DNA of 20,000 nucleotides, from NCBI GenBank assembly GCA_008369845.1, contig MRSU01004726.1, positions 45,710 through 65,709 on the forward strand. The letters run 5' to 3'. The notes under the pieces are model-generated. The model was not told the origin of the DNA and made no database searches. It was given only the letters and a program-made list of their open reading frames with translations. The position numbers were made by a program, and so were the translations under genes. Source of the DNA: Trichomonas gallinae (taxonomy: Eukaryota). Shown here piece by piece: positions 18,699-20,000 of the stretch. The number at the start of each line of letters is the position of its first letter. Position 1 is the first letter of the stretch.

Positions 18699-19731
18699 TT
18701 AATTTATGCACAGATTATAAGCGATAATAAAGCATTGCTCAATGAATTCAAAAATATCTATTCTTGTTTTTAGACGACTCTTAACATCGAATTTATTGCA
18801 TGCTTTCGTTCGATAAAAATTAAAATTAATTCCAATAGGAATATTGGCATTATTAATTGTATTAACAACACCAATACCTGGTGTATTGATAACCTTAATT
18901 GAAAAGTAGCAATCAGAAAGGGTGATTGATGAATCTATTCTTTCTGCTACGAATTTCAAGTATGGGGTTTTATTTCTATCAATGTTGTCAATGAAATTGC
19001 ATTGTGATATATAAAGTTGTTTGTCACCTGAAGCTATTAAAGTATCGACTTCATTTTTAATAAAGTTACATTTTTCAATTTTTAATGCAATATCGATATC
19101 ATAAGCTAAAAGGGATTGTCCTATAAAGCATTTGAAAAGACAGTAATCAATAGTATAGTTTTCATTTCCTATTTCATTATCATCATTATTAATAATATTA
19201 TTAAGAAGAGAAATTCGTTCAAAGTCGCGGATCGAAGAAATGTTGCTATTTGAGACTCGATAAGATTTTTGGTCATCATAGAATAAAGTTAAAGATGTAT
19301 CTGATGCTTCATGTGTTGCTTTAGAAATTGATAAATATTGTTTTATATTTGTTTTGGATTTTGTGAATGAATGATAACCGTAAATAATAACATCAAGATC
19401 ATCAGGCTTTGTGCAGTTATATATGCACACTTTGTTTTGAAAACACGTTTCACCATCAATAAAACCAATATTGAGGCCATTGGAATCATAGTTGGAGGAA
19501 TTAATAATTCTATTATTCGCAAAATTGCATTCTTCGATTAATAAGATAGCACGATAAACTTCATTGACATAAAGAATTATTGAATTGGTTTTCATCGAAA
19601 TAAATCGACAATTATAAATGGAGTATATGCGATACCATATTTTTTCTGAATGGCATACTCAGACCGTGAGTAAACTTGATCTGCATAATATTCAGCCCAT
19701 AATAAATTTAAGTCTATAAAAATAGAAACAC
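18699..19731 (-). pseudogene. Trichomonad-type secreted hypothetical protein (beta-helix-like Cys/Asn-Phe repeats); 5' end apparently degraded, 298-aa ORF 18699-19595 intact
   Basis: Repeated IEECNF, IDYCLF, IEKCNF, ISQCNF and LSDCYF motifs. The frame extends upstream as IYNCRFIS. A different frame gives IDLNLLWAEYYADQVY, preceded by AAA GTG TTT CTA TTT at 19731, suggesting a lost ATG and two frameshifts. Confidence 0.55.
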
Positions 19732-20000
19732 TTTAAAATATGTCAATTTTTTTTATATCATGATACAATATTGAACTCATAAAACAGATCATTCCACTGT
19801 AAAAGCAGCAGAAAATTAATCCTTTGAACATTTCAATTTGAAATGCATAAGTTTGATTAAAGGGTTTCCGACTCATAACCTTATTCGAAAATTTCTATCC
19901 CGAGTTACTTCAAGTTAAATTATTAGATTGTTTAATAGATTAACTACAAATCTGTAACACCAAAAATTAATGAGCACAATATAAGCTATATATTACAGGA

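Overview
AT-rich eukaryotic DNA with intronless genes in the standard genetic code. The gene families point to Trichomonas vaginalis or a close parabasalid (inference). Bases 991-11726 hold one giant (~3,578-codon) Bap-like surface protein gene with Ig-like repeats. It is split by one in-frame TAA (4495-4497) and one 1-nt frameshift (~5720), and ends in a Gly-Ser minisatellite, a TM helix and an NPxY/DPF acidic tail. Four minus-strand genes follow: a WNK/NRBP-like pseudokinase, TVP23, an HP1-like chromo/chromoshadow protein and a GSK3-like kinase. Non-genic structure includes three ~110-bp degenerate tandem repeats with co-varying inverted arms (13721-14053). There is also a C-terminal tyrosine-recombinase fragment (to 17761) directly abutting a 241-bp TTAA-flanked, inverted-repeat-bounded element (17768-18008; Kolobok-like MITE, or less likely a recombinase substrate). 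A probably decayed secreted-family gene lies at 18699-19731. All calls rest on motif recognition by eye; no searches were run.
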